A DNA stretch of 64,000 bases from an uncultured Candidatus Saccharibacteria bacterium. GTDB lineage: Bacteria > Patescibacteriota > Saccharimonadia > CAILAD01 > BJGX01. The position numbers were made by a program, and so were the translations under genes. Shown here in pieces: positions 9,179-18,964 of the stretch (positions are counted from its first letter, which is position 1; each line of letters opens with the position of its first letter). Below the pieces are notes generated by a model that searched no databases, was not told where the DNA came from, and saw only the letters and a program-made list of their open reading frames with translations. The stretch lies in the NCBI GenBank assembly GCA_964552475.1, contig CAZKFZ010000004.1:22283-86282 (forward strand). Direction: 5' to 3'.

Positions 9179-9718
9179 TTATTCTATAACTACTAGTCTT
9201 TGTTGATCTACGTCGATAAGTTCTTTCTTCTGTACCTTAAACTTAGTAGATTTTTCTTGCTCTTGGCCAAGCTCATCTATAAATGCTTTTAACTCGTCTG
9301 GAGAATAACTATGCGGAATAACCACTTTTGGCTCTATTTGACTAATCACCTTGGTAACAGTTCCGGTTTTATCGCTTTTAACAGGTACAAGTAAAATATC
9401 TACGCTCGCAAATGCTTCAAGCTGCAGATCGGTCAATACATCTTCTATTGAGGCTAGGTAGGCCACCCTAATGCCTTCACTTAATACCGAGAAAGCTGTG
9501 TTGTCTTTGGCGATATCTATTGCATCGATCATGCAGTTTTTAACTTCATACTCGCCAGGCGAGTCAAAAACCACTAGCCCGCCTACTTTATTAACTTTGT
9601 CTTTTTGGTGATCTGAAAAAAGAACAGCATCGGCTTTAGGGTTCATATCTTCAAGCGATATATTAATTGACCTAGTAACAATATAAAAATGGTTTTTGTT
9701 GGTCTTTGTAATTTCCAT
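9179..9718 (-). CDS. Degenerate MBL-fold (beta-lactamase-like) hydrolase-like protein
   Basis: 179 aa with ADAVLFSDHQKD (degenerate HxHxDH), VDILLVPV and VVIPHSY segments resembling COG2220-type metal-dependent hydrolases. Confidence 0.35.
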   Translation of the reverse strand: MEITKTNKNHFYIVTRSINISLEDMNPKADAVLFSDHQKDKVNKVGGLVVFDSPGEYEVKNCMIDAIDIAKDNTAFSVLSEGIRVAYLASIEDVLTDLQLEAFASVDILLVPVKSDKTGTVTKVISQIEPKVVIPHSYSPDELKAFIDELGQEQEKSTKFKVQKKELIDVDQQRLVVIE

Positions 9719-9769
9719 AACTTAATTAGTATATATTAATTTTAGCTAAATAATTGATTTTTTTGTACC

Positions 9770-10804
9770 TTATTTCTCTACCTGCTCGTTATAATATTGA
9801 TATAAGCTACTAACTATTACCGATGCTGCTGCCGTAACTGGTACAGCAATTAAAACACCTACAAAACCAAATAGAGTACCTCCTATCAAAGCGGCAAGCA
9901 GTACCAACATAGGATGTATGCCTACAGTCTTCTTCATCACTTGTGGCACAATAAGGTTGCCCTCTATCTGTTGAATTACCAAGAAAAATATCGCAACTAT
10001 AACTGCCTTAAGTGGTGATCCAGTAAGTAGTGCAAATAACACGGCAGGGATTGCCCCTAAATAAGCTCCAACCATCGGTACAGCCTCCATAAGACCAGCG
10101 AATAGTGCAAGCGTAAGAGCATAATCTACACCAATAATACTTAGACCTATATAAGACGCCACAAAAATTACCAAACAAAGTATAGCTTGTCCACGCAACC
10201 ATCCACCAAGCTTATTAGAAACATCATGCAGTAGCTTAACAAACTGTTCTCGCCAAAGCTTCTTTGGTAGCATGCCAGACAATAAAACCGCAAACTGCCG
10301 ACCGCTAGCCAACATATAGATTAGAAATATAAAGAAAGTTAAAAAGCTAAATAATCCACCTGCTACACCTAGTGATATAGCTGTAGCATTAGCACTAATT
10401 CTTTCTGCACTTTTATGAAGATTTTCGGCTGCTTTGTCGTAGATAAACTGCGTATATGTTTGATGCGACGAAAATTCTTGAATTTTATCTTGATAATATG
10501 GCCAATGAGAGTTTAGAGTTCTGGCCTGAGTAACTATTGTTGGTATTATGAGTGCCGACACTATCACAAAAACTGCCACAATACTTATTACCACAATCGC
10601 CACGGCCAACCCTCTACGCAAATGTAGCCGTCTTTCAATACTCGATACCACTGGGTTTAAGGCTACAGCGAATATCCCAGCTGCAAGAAGAGATATTATT
10701 ATTCCAGATATCTGAAACATAACCCAGACAAACAAAACCGTTAGTAGTAAATACAAAAACGATAGTGGTGAGATAATAATAATATGTCGCTTGGTATCTT
10801 TCAT
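9770..10804 (-). CDS. AI-2E family transporter (PerM/YdiK-like)
   Basis: 344 aa with about 8 TM helices and the characteristic C-terminal GxWLRGQ...MEAVPMVG region. Confidence 0.75.
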   Translation of the reverse strand: MKDTKRHIIIISPLSFLYLLLTVLFVWVMFQISGIIISLLAAGIFAVALNPVVSSIERRLHLRRGLAVAIVVISIVAVFVIVSALIIPTIVTQARTLNSHWPYYQDKIQEFSSHQTYTQFIYDKAAENLHKSAERISANATAISLGVAGGLFSFLTFFIFLIYMLASGRQFAVLLSGMLPKKLWREQFVKLLHDVSNKLGGWLRGQAILCLVIFVASYIGLSIIGVDYALTLALFAGLMEAVPMVGAYLGAIPAVLFALLTGSPLKAVIVAIFFLVIQQIEGNLIVPQVMKKTVGIHPMLVLLAALIGGTLFGFVGVLIAVPVTAAASVIVSSLYQYYNEQVEK

Positions 10805-10811
10805 CTCTCTA

Positions 10812-11507
10812 TTAGTTATTAACCTGTTTTGATTGTATTGGTATCTTAGCGCTATTGTCTTTTATGATAGGAGTAACTACTTTTGGCTCTGAAGTAACCG
10901 TTGGCTCGGTTTCTGAAAAAATATTAAGATTATCATATAAAACATCTTTTTTGGCATCTAGGATATCGGTTAGGAACCTATCGTTAAGGTTACGTCTATA
11001 ATCAAAGTCCTCTAAGCGCATTGCTGTGTAATTTAGCTCTCGGGTCATTTCTTTCTCCATTTCACCAATTATCTGGGCGAGTTTTGCACTATTCATGTCG
11101 CCCACAATGAAAATATCTATCTGTTGATCACTACCTCTTACAAATGCACCGGTCAAGAATAATAGCCTTACATTACCAGCTTTTTTAATACGTTTTAGAA
11201 TTTGGTCATCTTCTTTGGTCTGCTTTATTACTTTAGATTTAGCTGGAATTTTCGAGAAAATAGACTGTAATTCGTTGTGAAAAGCGTATTTTTGGTTGAT
11301 TTCGTAATACAATCTATTGCCTTGGCTTACCGATCTAACTATACCTATATTTAAAAGGTTTTGTAGTTCACGTCTAACTGAATTTATTTGTTCATCAATT
11401 TTTCGAGTAATTTCTCGTACATAAAAAGGTCGTTCTGGATTGTTATAAAACAGACTTAGTAATTTTACTCGTGTTTTTGATCCAAACAATTGTTCAAACA
11501 TTACCAC
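10812..11507 (-). CDS. Winged-helix DNA-binding protein with a C-terminal nucleotidyltransferase-like region (hypothetical regulator)
   Basis: 231 aa. The N-terminus (PFYVREITRKIDEQINSVRRELQNLLNIGIV) looks like a wHTH. The function is unknown. Confidence 0.4.
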   Translation of the reverse strand: MVMFEQLFGSKTRVKLLSLFYNNPERPFYVREITRKIDEQINSVRRELQNLLNIGIVRSVSQGNRLYYEINQKYAFHNELQSIFSKIPAKSKVIKQTKEDDQILKRIKKAGNVRLLFLTGAFVRGSDQQIDIFIVGDMNSAKLAQIIGEMEKEMTRELNYTAMRLEDFDYRRNLNDRFLTDILDAKKDVLYDNLNIFSETEPTVTSEPKVVTPIIKDNSAKIPIQSKQVNN

Positions 11508-11615
11508 TCCTTTTTATTATAGTATAGTTATTCATACACCTATAAACTACAATGTTACATCTGATTATACATGTAATTGAACACATTTTACAAGTTGGGC
11601 AAACAATAGTTCTTT

Positions 11616-12332
11616 TTATTGAGGCCTTTTTTGTGCAGCTATTGCTGCGATATTTTCTAACCGATCGTCAAGCCTAGAAAGTTGATAGTCGTTGTTATTT
11701 AAGCTTATAGCCTGCTCTATAATATAATCAGCTACAACTGGATTTTTGGGCAAGAATGACCCGTGTAAATAAGTTCCGATTGCGTTTTTGCTATGAATAC
11801 CCTCTTCTTTAGATGTTCTATTATTACCAAACCCTTTAATCACCAAACCTAGAGGTTTTTGGCTCCCCAAGAGCTCTGTATTGCCACTATGGTTCTCAAA
11901 ACCTACCATTTCACCAAATTTATCGCTACTAATAACAATGTTTCCAATCATTCTAAATTCTGTTGCTTTTGTTATTGCATTAAATATACCTATACCTGGT
12001 ATATCTTCTTTGTTTGAGGTCACAAAGTACTTACCAAAAAGCTGATAACCACCACAAATAGCAAGCATGGGAACGTTTCTGTTGTAGTGATCATGCAATA
12101 TTTTTTTGTGTTTTTGCAGGTCTTGTGCCGCGTAGGTTTGTCCCTTGTCTTGTCCTCCACCAATAAAGATAATATCGAAGTCATCTTTAAGACTATCGTC
12201 TATTAAGTGCTTATGGTATTCATATTTTATACCACGCCACTCCATCCTTTTTTGTAGAGTAATGATATTCCCAAAATCACCATAGATATTCATTCTATCT
12301 GGGTATAAATGAAGTATTTTTATGGGTTTCAT
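11616..12332 (-). CDS. gatD: Lipid II isoglutaminyl synthase glutaminase subunit GatD (CobQ-type glutamine amidotransferase)
   Basis: 238-aa GATase1-like protein (...LAICGGYQLFG..., catalytic Cys) translationally coupled to murT immediately upstream. Confidence 0.8.
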   Translation of the reverse strand: MKPIKILHLYPDRMNIYGDFGNIITLQKRMEWRGIKYEYHKHLIDDSLKDDFDIIFIGGGQDKGQTYAAQDLQKHKKILHDHYNRNVPMLAICGGYQLFGKYFVTSNKEDIPGIGIFNAITKATEFRMIGNIVISSDKFGEMVGFENHSGNTELLGSQKPLGLVIKGFGNNRTSKEEGIHSKNAIGTYLHGSFLPKNPVVADYIIEQAISLNNNDYQLSRLDDRLENIAAIAAQKRPQ

Positions 12333-13711
12333 GACGAAATACCCCCTATACTGCTATCGCCTTTTTTTGCAATTATCTCCCGTATATTCATCATTGCGGT
12401 ATAGGTAGGAAGTATATATGCGGTATTATCTTTGGGCGTAAGTTCGATAAGTTTATTTAGGGCTTTTTCTATGTTGGGCTCGATGTTTATTTTATCAATA
12501 CCAATTCCGGCATACTTAAGTCTAAGCGCCATATCGTAAGCTCTACTACCACTTACCACAATTTTTGCTTTGTAGCTACTAATATCTTCAATGGCGCTGT
12601 CCCATAGCCACGACACATCCCTACCATCTGCTAAGTAATCATTAATACATATAAGGAGAGGTTGGGTCTGTGGCTTTGGTTTTAGATAAGTTTGTATTAC
12701 CTGGTTTAATCCAGTAGGGTTTTTAATAAGAATTAGTTCTATTTTTCTTTGAGAGTAAGTTAGTTCTTCGCCTCTACCAAAGGCAGGTGTACTATTATTA
12801 AGCGTTTCTACAAGGGTGTTTGTTGTAATATTAAGGATATTTGCCACACCTATAACCGCTAAGGCATTATATATATTGTATAGCCCTGGTAACTTTAGAT
12901 TAATTTTTAGTACTTCTGTTGGTGTTTTCACATCAATTTTGGAACCATTCTTAGATATTTGATGCATTTTAGATAGTGCTATTTGGGGTTTCGGTCTAGA
13001 GTTGTGAGTATTTTCAGACCTGTAGATTCCAACGTGGCTAAAATAACGTTGTAAATATTTCAACTTTTTTCCATTATTTATATCAAATACACTATCGGCA
13101 GTATAATCGTGCTCTATCTTCTCACCAATATAGTCATCGACACCAAAGTATACAACGTCTTTTTTTGATTCCCTACCTAAACTTGCCACTAGAGGGTCGT
13201 CTGCATTAAGAATAAGAGTAGATTTAAGCTTTTTAAAGGTGTTGCGGAAATTCTTTGCTATACTATCTAGTTCACCATAACGGTCTAACTGATCTCTAAA
13301 AAGGTTGGTAACAACAACGTAGTCGGGCTTTAAATCTCTACAAACACTAGGTATATAGGCCTCATCCACCTCAAAAACGGCCATATCCTCCTCGCATCTG
13401 CCTTTACTATTGCTATGAGCCAAAATTGCGGCAATTATACCTCTTCTAAGGTTAGAGCCGGCAGTATTGCGAACAAAGCTTATACTGCTACGCTTCAAAA
13501 CGTCTGCTAGTATTTTTGAGGTGGTAGTCTTACCGTTCGTACCAGTAATAACAATAACCCCTTTTGGAAAATTATCCTTGCGCAACTTGCTTAGTAGATC
13601 AGAGTCTACTTTTTCTGCAACCAAGCCGGGCATAGCCGTACCGCTCAATCTAAACAATCTACCCGTAGATCGAGCTAGTTTAGCCGATTGTATTGCTATA
13701 TATTTACGCAT
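12329..13711 (-). CDS. murT: Lipid II isoglutaminyl synthase MurT (Mur ligase family)
   Basis: 460 aa with the Mur ligase central domain P-loop VIVITGTNGKTTTSKILA and a DUF1727-type C-terminus. Forms an operon with gatD. Confidence 0.8.
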   Translation of the reverse strand: MRKYIAIQSAKLARSTGRLFRLSGTAMPGLVAEKVDSDLLSKLRKDNFPKGVIVITGTNGKTTTSKILADVLKRSSISFVRNTAGSNLRRGIIAAILAHSNSKGRCEEDMAVFEVDEAYIPSVCRDLKPDYVVVTNLFRDQLDRYGELDSIAKNFRNTFKKLKSTLILNADDPLVASLGRESKKDVVYFGVDDYIGEKIEHDYTADSVFDINNGKKLKYLQRYFSHVGIYRSENTHNSRPKPQIALSKMHQISKNGSKIDVKTPTEVLKINLKLPGLYNIYNALAVIGVANILNITTNTLVETLNNSTPAFGRGEELTYSQRKIELILIKNPTGLNQVIQTYLKPKPQTQPLLICINDYLADGRDVSWLWDSAIEDISSYKAKIVVSGSRAYDMALRLKYAGIGIDKINIEPNIEKALNKLIELTPKDNTAYILPTYTAMMNIREIIAKKGDSSIGGISS

Positions 13712-13743
13712 ATTGTTTATATTGTATCAAAGAAGTTAGGATT

Positions 13744-14619
13744 TTATGTATTTAGGTATGAATAGATAAGTTCTTCTGCTTGTGAAGTATCTTGTATCCA
13801 AGAGATATGCTTATTTCTTCTAAACCAGGTTAGTTGTTTTCTAGATAATTGCCAGGTGGCGTTATTTATTTTAGCTTCTAAATCATTATAGCCCAACTTA
13901 CCATGAAGGTAGTCAATTACTTGGGCGTAGCCAGTTGTGTGTAGAAGTATGTCTGCTTGCCCATAGGTTTTTAGTAAATCCTCTACTTCTTGTATAAAGT
14001 TATTATTCAACATATATTTTGTACGTGTTGCTATATTTTGCTTTAATATAGGCGTTTCTACATACAAACCCAAGACTAGTGAGTTAGGTATATTGCGTTT
14101 TCTATCGTTATCTTTGCTAGGACCTTTGGTGATTAACTGCTCAACTCTACGCCTATTTTTTATATCAATATTAATATAATCTTTAGGGTATTTTTGCTTT
14201 GCAACTTCTTGGAGTTTAGTAAGGCTCATTTCTTTGATTTTTGTTTGGTCGGCAGGGCTTAATGTATTTCTGAATTTATAATCATACAATACTGTATCTA
14301 TATACATACCACTACCACCTACCAAGAATGGTAATTTGTTCTTTATTTCTATGTTAGTAATAGCTCTTTGTGCTCCTTTTTTATATTCGGCAGCACTAAA
14401 TGGTTTGTCTGGACTACAAACATCAATAAGATAGTGCTTCACTTCTTTTTGTTCAGATCTAGTTGGTTTGGCTGTGCCAACGTTCATCCCCTTGTATATG
14501 GTTCGAGAGTCAGCACAGACAATCTCGCCATTAAATTCTTTGGCCAATTTAATTGATAGCGAGGTTTTGCCAGAGGCAGTAGCACCCAAAATAGTGACTA
14601 GTTTACTATTATTGTGCAT
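13744..14619 (-). CDS. miaA: tRNA dimethylallyltransferase
   Basis: 291 aa with P-loop GATASGKTSLSIKLA and CADSRTIYKGMNVGTAKPT, the MiaA family signature. Confidence 0.85.
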   Translation of the reverse strand: MHNNSKLVTILGATASGKTSLSIKLAKEFNGEIVCADSRTIYKGMNVGTAKPTRSEQKEVKHYLIDVCSPDKPFSAAEYKKGAQRAITNIEIKNKLPFLVGGSGMYIDTVLYDYKFRNTLSPADQTKIKEMSLTKLQEVAKQKYPKDYINIDIKNRRRVEQLITKGPSKDNDRKRNIPNSLVLGLYVETPILKQNIATRTKYMLNNNFIQEVEDLLKTYGQADILLHTTGYAQVIDYLHGKLGYNDLEAKINNATWQLSRKQLTWFRRNKHISWIQDTSQAEELIYSYLNT

Positions 14620-16433
14620 TACAGGCTACGATTTTTGATATTTTCCAATAATGTTGCTAAAAATACCTCATACTTTTGAGTTCCAAGGTCATTTCCCCCA
14701 TATTTCCTTATAGATACAGAACTTGTTTTTTGCTCTTTCTCACCTACAATCAACGCATATGGAACTTTCATAACTTCCGCATTACGAATTCTTTTGCCAA
14801 GCGACTCTGATGAATCGTCTAATTTTAACCTAATACCAGAAGCATGGTAGTGCCTGGTAACTTCTTGCGCAAACTTATTATATTTTTCTGATACCGGAAT
14901 TATGCGTACTTGTTCTGGTGCTAGCCATAGAGGGAATGCCCCTGCAAAATGCTCAATGAGTATCATAATAAATCGCTCAAAAGAGCCAAATATTGCTCGG
15001 TGTATCATAACAGGGGTGACTTCACTACCCTCATTATCTGTATATGTCAGACCAAAACGCTTGGGTGTAGCGAAGTCTAATTGTACTGTAGCGAGCTGTG
15101 TCTCTCTACCAAGGGCATCTTTAAACATAAAGTCTAGCTTAGGCCCATAAAGAGCAGCTTCGCCCTCCATACGCATTGCGCCAAGTTTTTTCTCTTCTGC
15201 AAGCTCAGTAAGCATAGATTCAGATTGCTCCCAGTCCTTCTCATCGCCAATATATTTTTCAGGTGTCTTAGGGTCGCTCACAGATAATGAAACCCAATGA
15301 TTACCCCAGAGTCCTAACGACGTATAGAAACCTTCTATTAGTTCTACTATCATGCTTGCTTCTTGCTTAATCTGATCAACCGTACAGAAGGTATGCCCAT
15401 CATCTACGGTAAATCCTCGTGTTCTTTGCAATCCACCAATCTCTCCGGGTTTCTCGTCGCGATACTGCATAGTCTGTTCTACATACCTAATAGGAAGATC
15501 TTTATAGCTTCTTGGTTTAGATGCATATATCTGTGTATGATGTGGGCAATTGACTGGCTTAAGTACAAACTCTTGTTTGTGATGACTAGCTACCTTAAAA
15601 AGTTCATCTGCAAATTTCTCGGCATGACCAGATATATTGTAGAGATCAATCTTGGCCAGATGTGGAATAGATACCTGTTGCATTTCGTGTTTTGCACCAA
15701 GATCCTTAAGTACCGTCTTAAGCTCTTCTATTAATACCGTTCCACGAGGTGTATACATAGGCAGTCCAGAACCGACAAGTTCTGAAAAAGTAAATAAATC
15801 GAGCTGTAGCCCAAGCTTACGATGGTCGCGCTTGGCAGCTTCTTCTAACATTTGCTTGTAACTAGTTAATTCGTCTTTAGTTGTAAAAGCTACACCGTAA
15901 ATTCTTTGAAGCTGAGGATTATTTTCGTTACCACGCCAAAACACACCTGATATTTTAGTTAAATCAAAGCCTTCTGGGTTTATTTCGGACGTATTTTTTA
16001 CATGTGGGCCACGACAAAGATCTACAAAACTACCTGTTTTATATACTGTAACTGTTGTTATTTTTTCTGCATTTTGTATCAAATCGCTATCGCCAGCATC
16101 ATCCACGGCGGTTGAACCCTTGGTTTTTAGATCTTTTAGCAGTTCTACCTTAAGATCTTGATTATTCCTTTTAAAGTATGTAATGGCTTCGTCTATAGGC
16201 CACTCCTCTTTTACAAAGTCAATTTTCTGACTAATCATTTTTTGCATGGCTTTGCGTATCTTTGGTAGGTCTGCCAATACTAGGGGCTTATCTAAGCCCA
16301 TATCGTAGTAAAAACCATTCTCTACTACAGGACCAACACCAAATTGAGCTTCTGGGTGCTGCTGCTGTATCACAGCTGCCATAATATGGGCGAGGCTATG
16401 TCTTATCTTATGTAGCTGTTCACTTTTGTCCAT
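14619..16433 (-). CDS. thrS: Threonyl-tRNA synthetase
   Basis: 604 aa with the HSLAHIMAAV (second additional domain), class II core motifs and a C-terminal anticodon-binding domain. Confidence 0.9.
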   Translation of the reverse strand: MDKSEQLHKIRHSLAHIMAAVIQQQHPEAQFGVGPVVENGFYYDMGLDKPLVLADLPKIRKAMQKMISQKIDFVKEEWPIDEAITYFKRNNQDLKVELLKDLKTKGSTAVDDAGDSDLIQNAEKITTVTVYKTGSFVDLCRGPHVKNTSEINPEGFDLTKISGVFWRGNENNPQLQRIYGVAFTTKDELTSYKQMLEEAAKRDHRKLGLQLDLFTFSELVGSGLPMYTPRGTVLIEELKTVLKDLGAKHEMQQVSIPHLAKIDLYNISGHAEKFADELFKVASHHKQEFVLKPVNCPHHTQIYASKPRSYKDLPIRYVEQTMQYRDEKPGEIGGLQRTRGFTVDDGHTFCTVDQIKQEASMIVELIEGFYTSLGLWGNHWVSLSVSDPKTPEKYIGDEKDWEQSESMLTELAEEKKLGAMRMEGEAALYGPKLDFMFKDALGRETQLATVQLDFATPKRFGLTYTDNEGSEVTPVMIHRAIFGSFERFIMILIEHFAGAFPLWLAPEQVRIIPVSEKYNKFAQEVTRHYHASGIRLKLDDSSESLGKRIRNAEVMKVPYALIVGEKEQKTSSVSIRKYGGNDLGTQKYEVFLATLLENIKNRSL

Positions 16434-16632
16434 AATATCTCCTTATATAATAAAAACCACCTAGTAAGTGCTCGGTCCCAAGGGTCTTGGGAGGTTCCAC
16501 CGAGCTTATCCGTGGTGGATCTCTCTTTGCTAATCTGTTACGCCGACTAGCTTACGAGACACATAGGTTGGTTGGGCCTATGTATGGTCTTATTTATCTA
16601 AACTCTATTTTAGCAAATATTTGTAATAATTC

Positions 16633-16653
16633 AATTGGTGGGCAATACAGGAC
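16633..16653. repeat. 21-nt direct repeat identical to the 3' end and 3' flank of tRNA-Val (att-like scar)
   Basis: AATTGGTGGGCAATACAGGAC at 16633..16653 is identical to 16792..16812. The latter covers 18 nt of the tRNA-Val 3' end plus 3 flanking nt. Flanking bases differ on both sides, so the repeat is exactly 21 nt. Confidence 0.7.
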
Positions 16654-16794
16654 AGCGGCTACCGCCTTTTTCGTCCAGTGCTTGGTCAAACTGCAAACAA
16701 GTTTGCTTTTGACACTGCGCGCTGTACTCCACCGAACCTAAGGTTTCGAACTTCTATTTGTCACCAATTTCTAACCAAAGTGATGATCAGAAAT

Positions 16795-16871
<77 letters not shown>

Positions 16872-16972
16872 TTGTAAAAGCAATACTTTGGTTTCAAAAT
16901 ACTTCAAAAAGCATTCTATAAAATTATATCCTTTATCTGGTAAGTTTACAATTTACCATTAAAACATATAGC

Positions 16973-18229
16973 TTAGTGTTGGGCGCTTTCTCTAACTTCA
17001 TCTGTAGCAAAACCAATCTTATCAAGTGAAAACGACTGCTCAGACCAAGAGCTAGCCGATAAAACAATTTTGGAGCCATACTTATTTTCTAGAACATCTA
17101 CAGCCTCAGACAGAGCAGAATCACTAGGCCCTAAGGATGCAGGTAAAAGGTCTAGTTGTTGTATAGAGGTTAAATCTATCAAAGTAATACTAATTTTCTT
17201 TAGCTTAGAAATATATTTATGTTTTTTTAACAACATTCTAATATAATGAGTAATTAAATAATTACTATTAAAAATTGGTAGCTTATTAAGCTTATAGTTG
17301 AAGTAAATATTATCAATATAGGCCAGCTGAATAACCAAACCTTTAGCAAATAATTTATTTTCTCTAAGCCTATAACCAAGAACTTCAGCTATTTTTATAC
17401 AATATGTTGTAATTTTATATAAATTAGCATTTTTTAAACCTGTTATGGTCACTTGATGGCCCAGTGATTTGCGCTCTATGAGCGGTAGTTCATCCACTTC
17501 GTAACCCCTTAGTCTTAGATACCATTTTTGGCCATTTACACCAAAGTTCTTACCTAGAAATCCCCAAGAAGCTCGGTATAGATCAGATGGCGTATTGATT
17601 TGTTGAGATATAAACTGCTTGGCCATTCTCTTACCTACACCAGTAAGTTCGGTAAGCTTAAAGTTAGAATAAAATTCTAAGAGATTGGACTGTTCAATAC
17701 AAAATAAACCATTGGGCTTGTCGTAGCTCGCTGCCATTTTGGCTAGCCAGACATTACTAGCAATACCAATAGAACAATTTATATGTTCGTTATATATATT
17801 ATTTATAGAGCTATTTATTGCTTTACACAAAGCAAATACTTGGTATTTATTTTGTGCATACGAAGGTACTTTGAGGTATGCCTCGTCTATCCCCCGAGCT
17901 CTCACTCGGCAAATCGTATTATGTAAAATACTCATAAATTCATTGTGAACTTGTCTATAGCGAGTTGGATTGCCATATACTATCTCTATCTCTGGGCAAA
18001 GCATTAGGGCCTCACCCACCCTAATACCGGTATATATACCGGCTCGTTTTGCAATATATGATGCAGCTACAATGCTTGAGCCCATTGTGGAACCTGTTGC
18101 TACTCCCACTGGTTTATTGCGTAATCTTGGGTTGTAATACTGCTCTACCGACGCAAAGAATGAGTCCATATCTATATAGATAGTTGAATAATCTATAGGC
18201 TTTTGGCGTAACATTTCTTCTGGTTTCAT
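16973..18229 (-). CDS. dinB: Y-family DNA polymerase (DinB/Pol IV-like)
   Basis: 418 aa starting IYIDMDSFFASVEQ, the DMDxFFAxVE catalytic motif of the UmuC/DinB family. Confidence 0.85.
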   Translation of the reverse strand: MKPEEMLRQKPIDYSTIYIDMDSFFASVEQYYNPRLRNKPVGVATGSTMGSSIVAASYIAKRAGIYTGIRVGEALMLCPEIEIVYGNPTRYRQVHNEFMSILHNTICRVRARGIDEAYLKVPSYAQNKYQVFALCKAINSSINNIYNEHINCSIGIASNVWLAKMAASYDKPNGLFCIEQSNLLEFYSNFKLTELTGVGKRMAKQFISQQINTPSDLYRASWGFLGKNFGVNGQKWYLRLRGYEVDELPLIERKSLGHQVTITGLKNANLYKITTYCIKIAEVLGYRLRENKLFAKGLVIQLAYIDNIYFNYKLNKLPIFNSNYLITHYIRMLLKKHKYISKLKKISITLIDLTSIQQLDLLPASLGPSDSALSEAVDVLENKYGSKIVLSASSWSEQSFSLDKIGFATDEVRESAQH

Positions 18230-18355
18230 ATAAATATGATATAAAAATTAACCATATTTTGCAAACAAAAACCGAATATACATCATTAGTTAAATTATTG
18301 ACGCCTTAACTATTGTCTGCTAAGGTAAATGCGATAGCTTAACTCTATAGCAAAG

Positions 18356-18925
18356 GTGTACAAGATGAAGCTACCGAACCTAATAAGTAAGTCAGGTCGC
18401 CTATATCAGAAACTTCGCAGACGACGAGGAACCAAACCTGGACTATTTGATGTATCTTGCATATTAACCGGTGAAGCATTCTATGCTACACCTAATTTCT
18501 ACTATTTTGAAGACTGTGGACGCCCATGTTGGTTGCCTCTCAACCCTGCTCCAAAGCGTGGTGGACCAAATTGGGCTGTTACTGACGGTTGGCCGTCAGA
18601 AATTAATCCTGATCACCTGATTATTCAGCTTCAGCCTAGTGGATACATATCTGCATTACATAAAATGGATCATGGAGACAAAGTACTTGTAGTTGGTGAA
18701 GTAAGAGGAGAAATAGCTAGAGATGAAGTTGGTAATAAGTCAGATCTGTGGTACGTAATTGCCTGCCCACCAGATAAAGTAGTGAGAAACGCCCATCTAA
18801 TTAAAGAAAGAGACAATGAGGGTAACTACATAGTCTACGCAAATAGTCTGTGGCTAGGTAATACAGGGTCGCACGGTATTTCGTACACCATGCCCCAAGC
18901 TACCCTAGATCTACTAGAGACCTAA
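18356..18925 (+). CDS. Hypothetical protein
   Basis: 189-aa ORF divergent from dinB with good coding composition. No recognisable motif. Confidence 0.4.
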   Translation: MYKMKLPNLISKSGRLYQKLRRRRGTKPGLFDVSCILTGEAFYATPNFYYFEDCGRPCWLPLNPAPKRGGPNWAVTDGWPSEINPDHLIIQLQPSGYISALHKMDHGDKVLVVGEVRGEIARDEVGNKSDLWYVIACPPDKVVRNAHLIKERDNEGNYIVYANSLWLGNTGSHGISYTMPQATLDLLET

Positions 18926-18931
18926 TCTAAA

Positions 18932-18959
18932 CACCTCTCAAAAATTGAGAGGTGTTTTT
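18932..18959 (+). terminator. Bidirectional rho-independent terminator
   Basis: CACCUCUCAA-AAAU-UUGAGAGGUG hairpin followed by UUUUU. It sits between convergent genes at 18356..18925 (+) and 18965..19681 (-). Confidence 0.65.
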
Positions 18960-18964
18960 ACTTT

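Noticed and set aside
16487-16741. 84-aa plus-strand ORF in the thrS to tRNA-Val intergenic region
   Set aside because: The region is better explained as the structured thrS leader plus the tRNA 3'-end repeat. The ORF has an Arg/Leu-biased, GC-rich-frame composition typical of antisense or non-coding reading.
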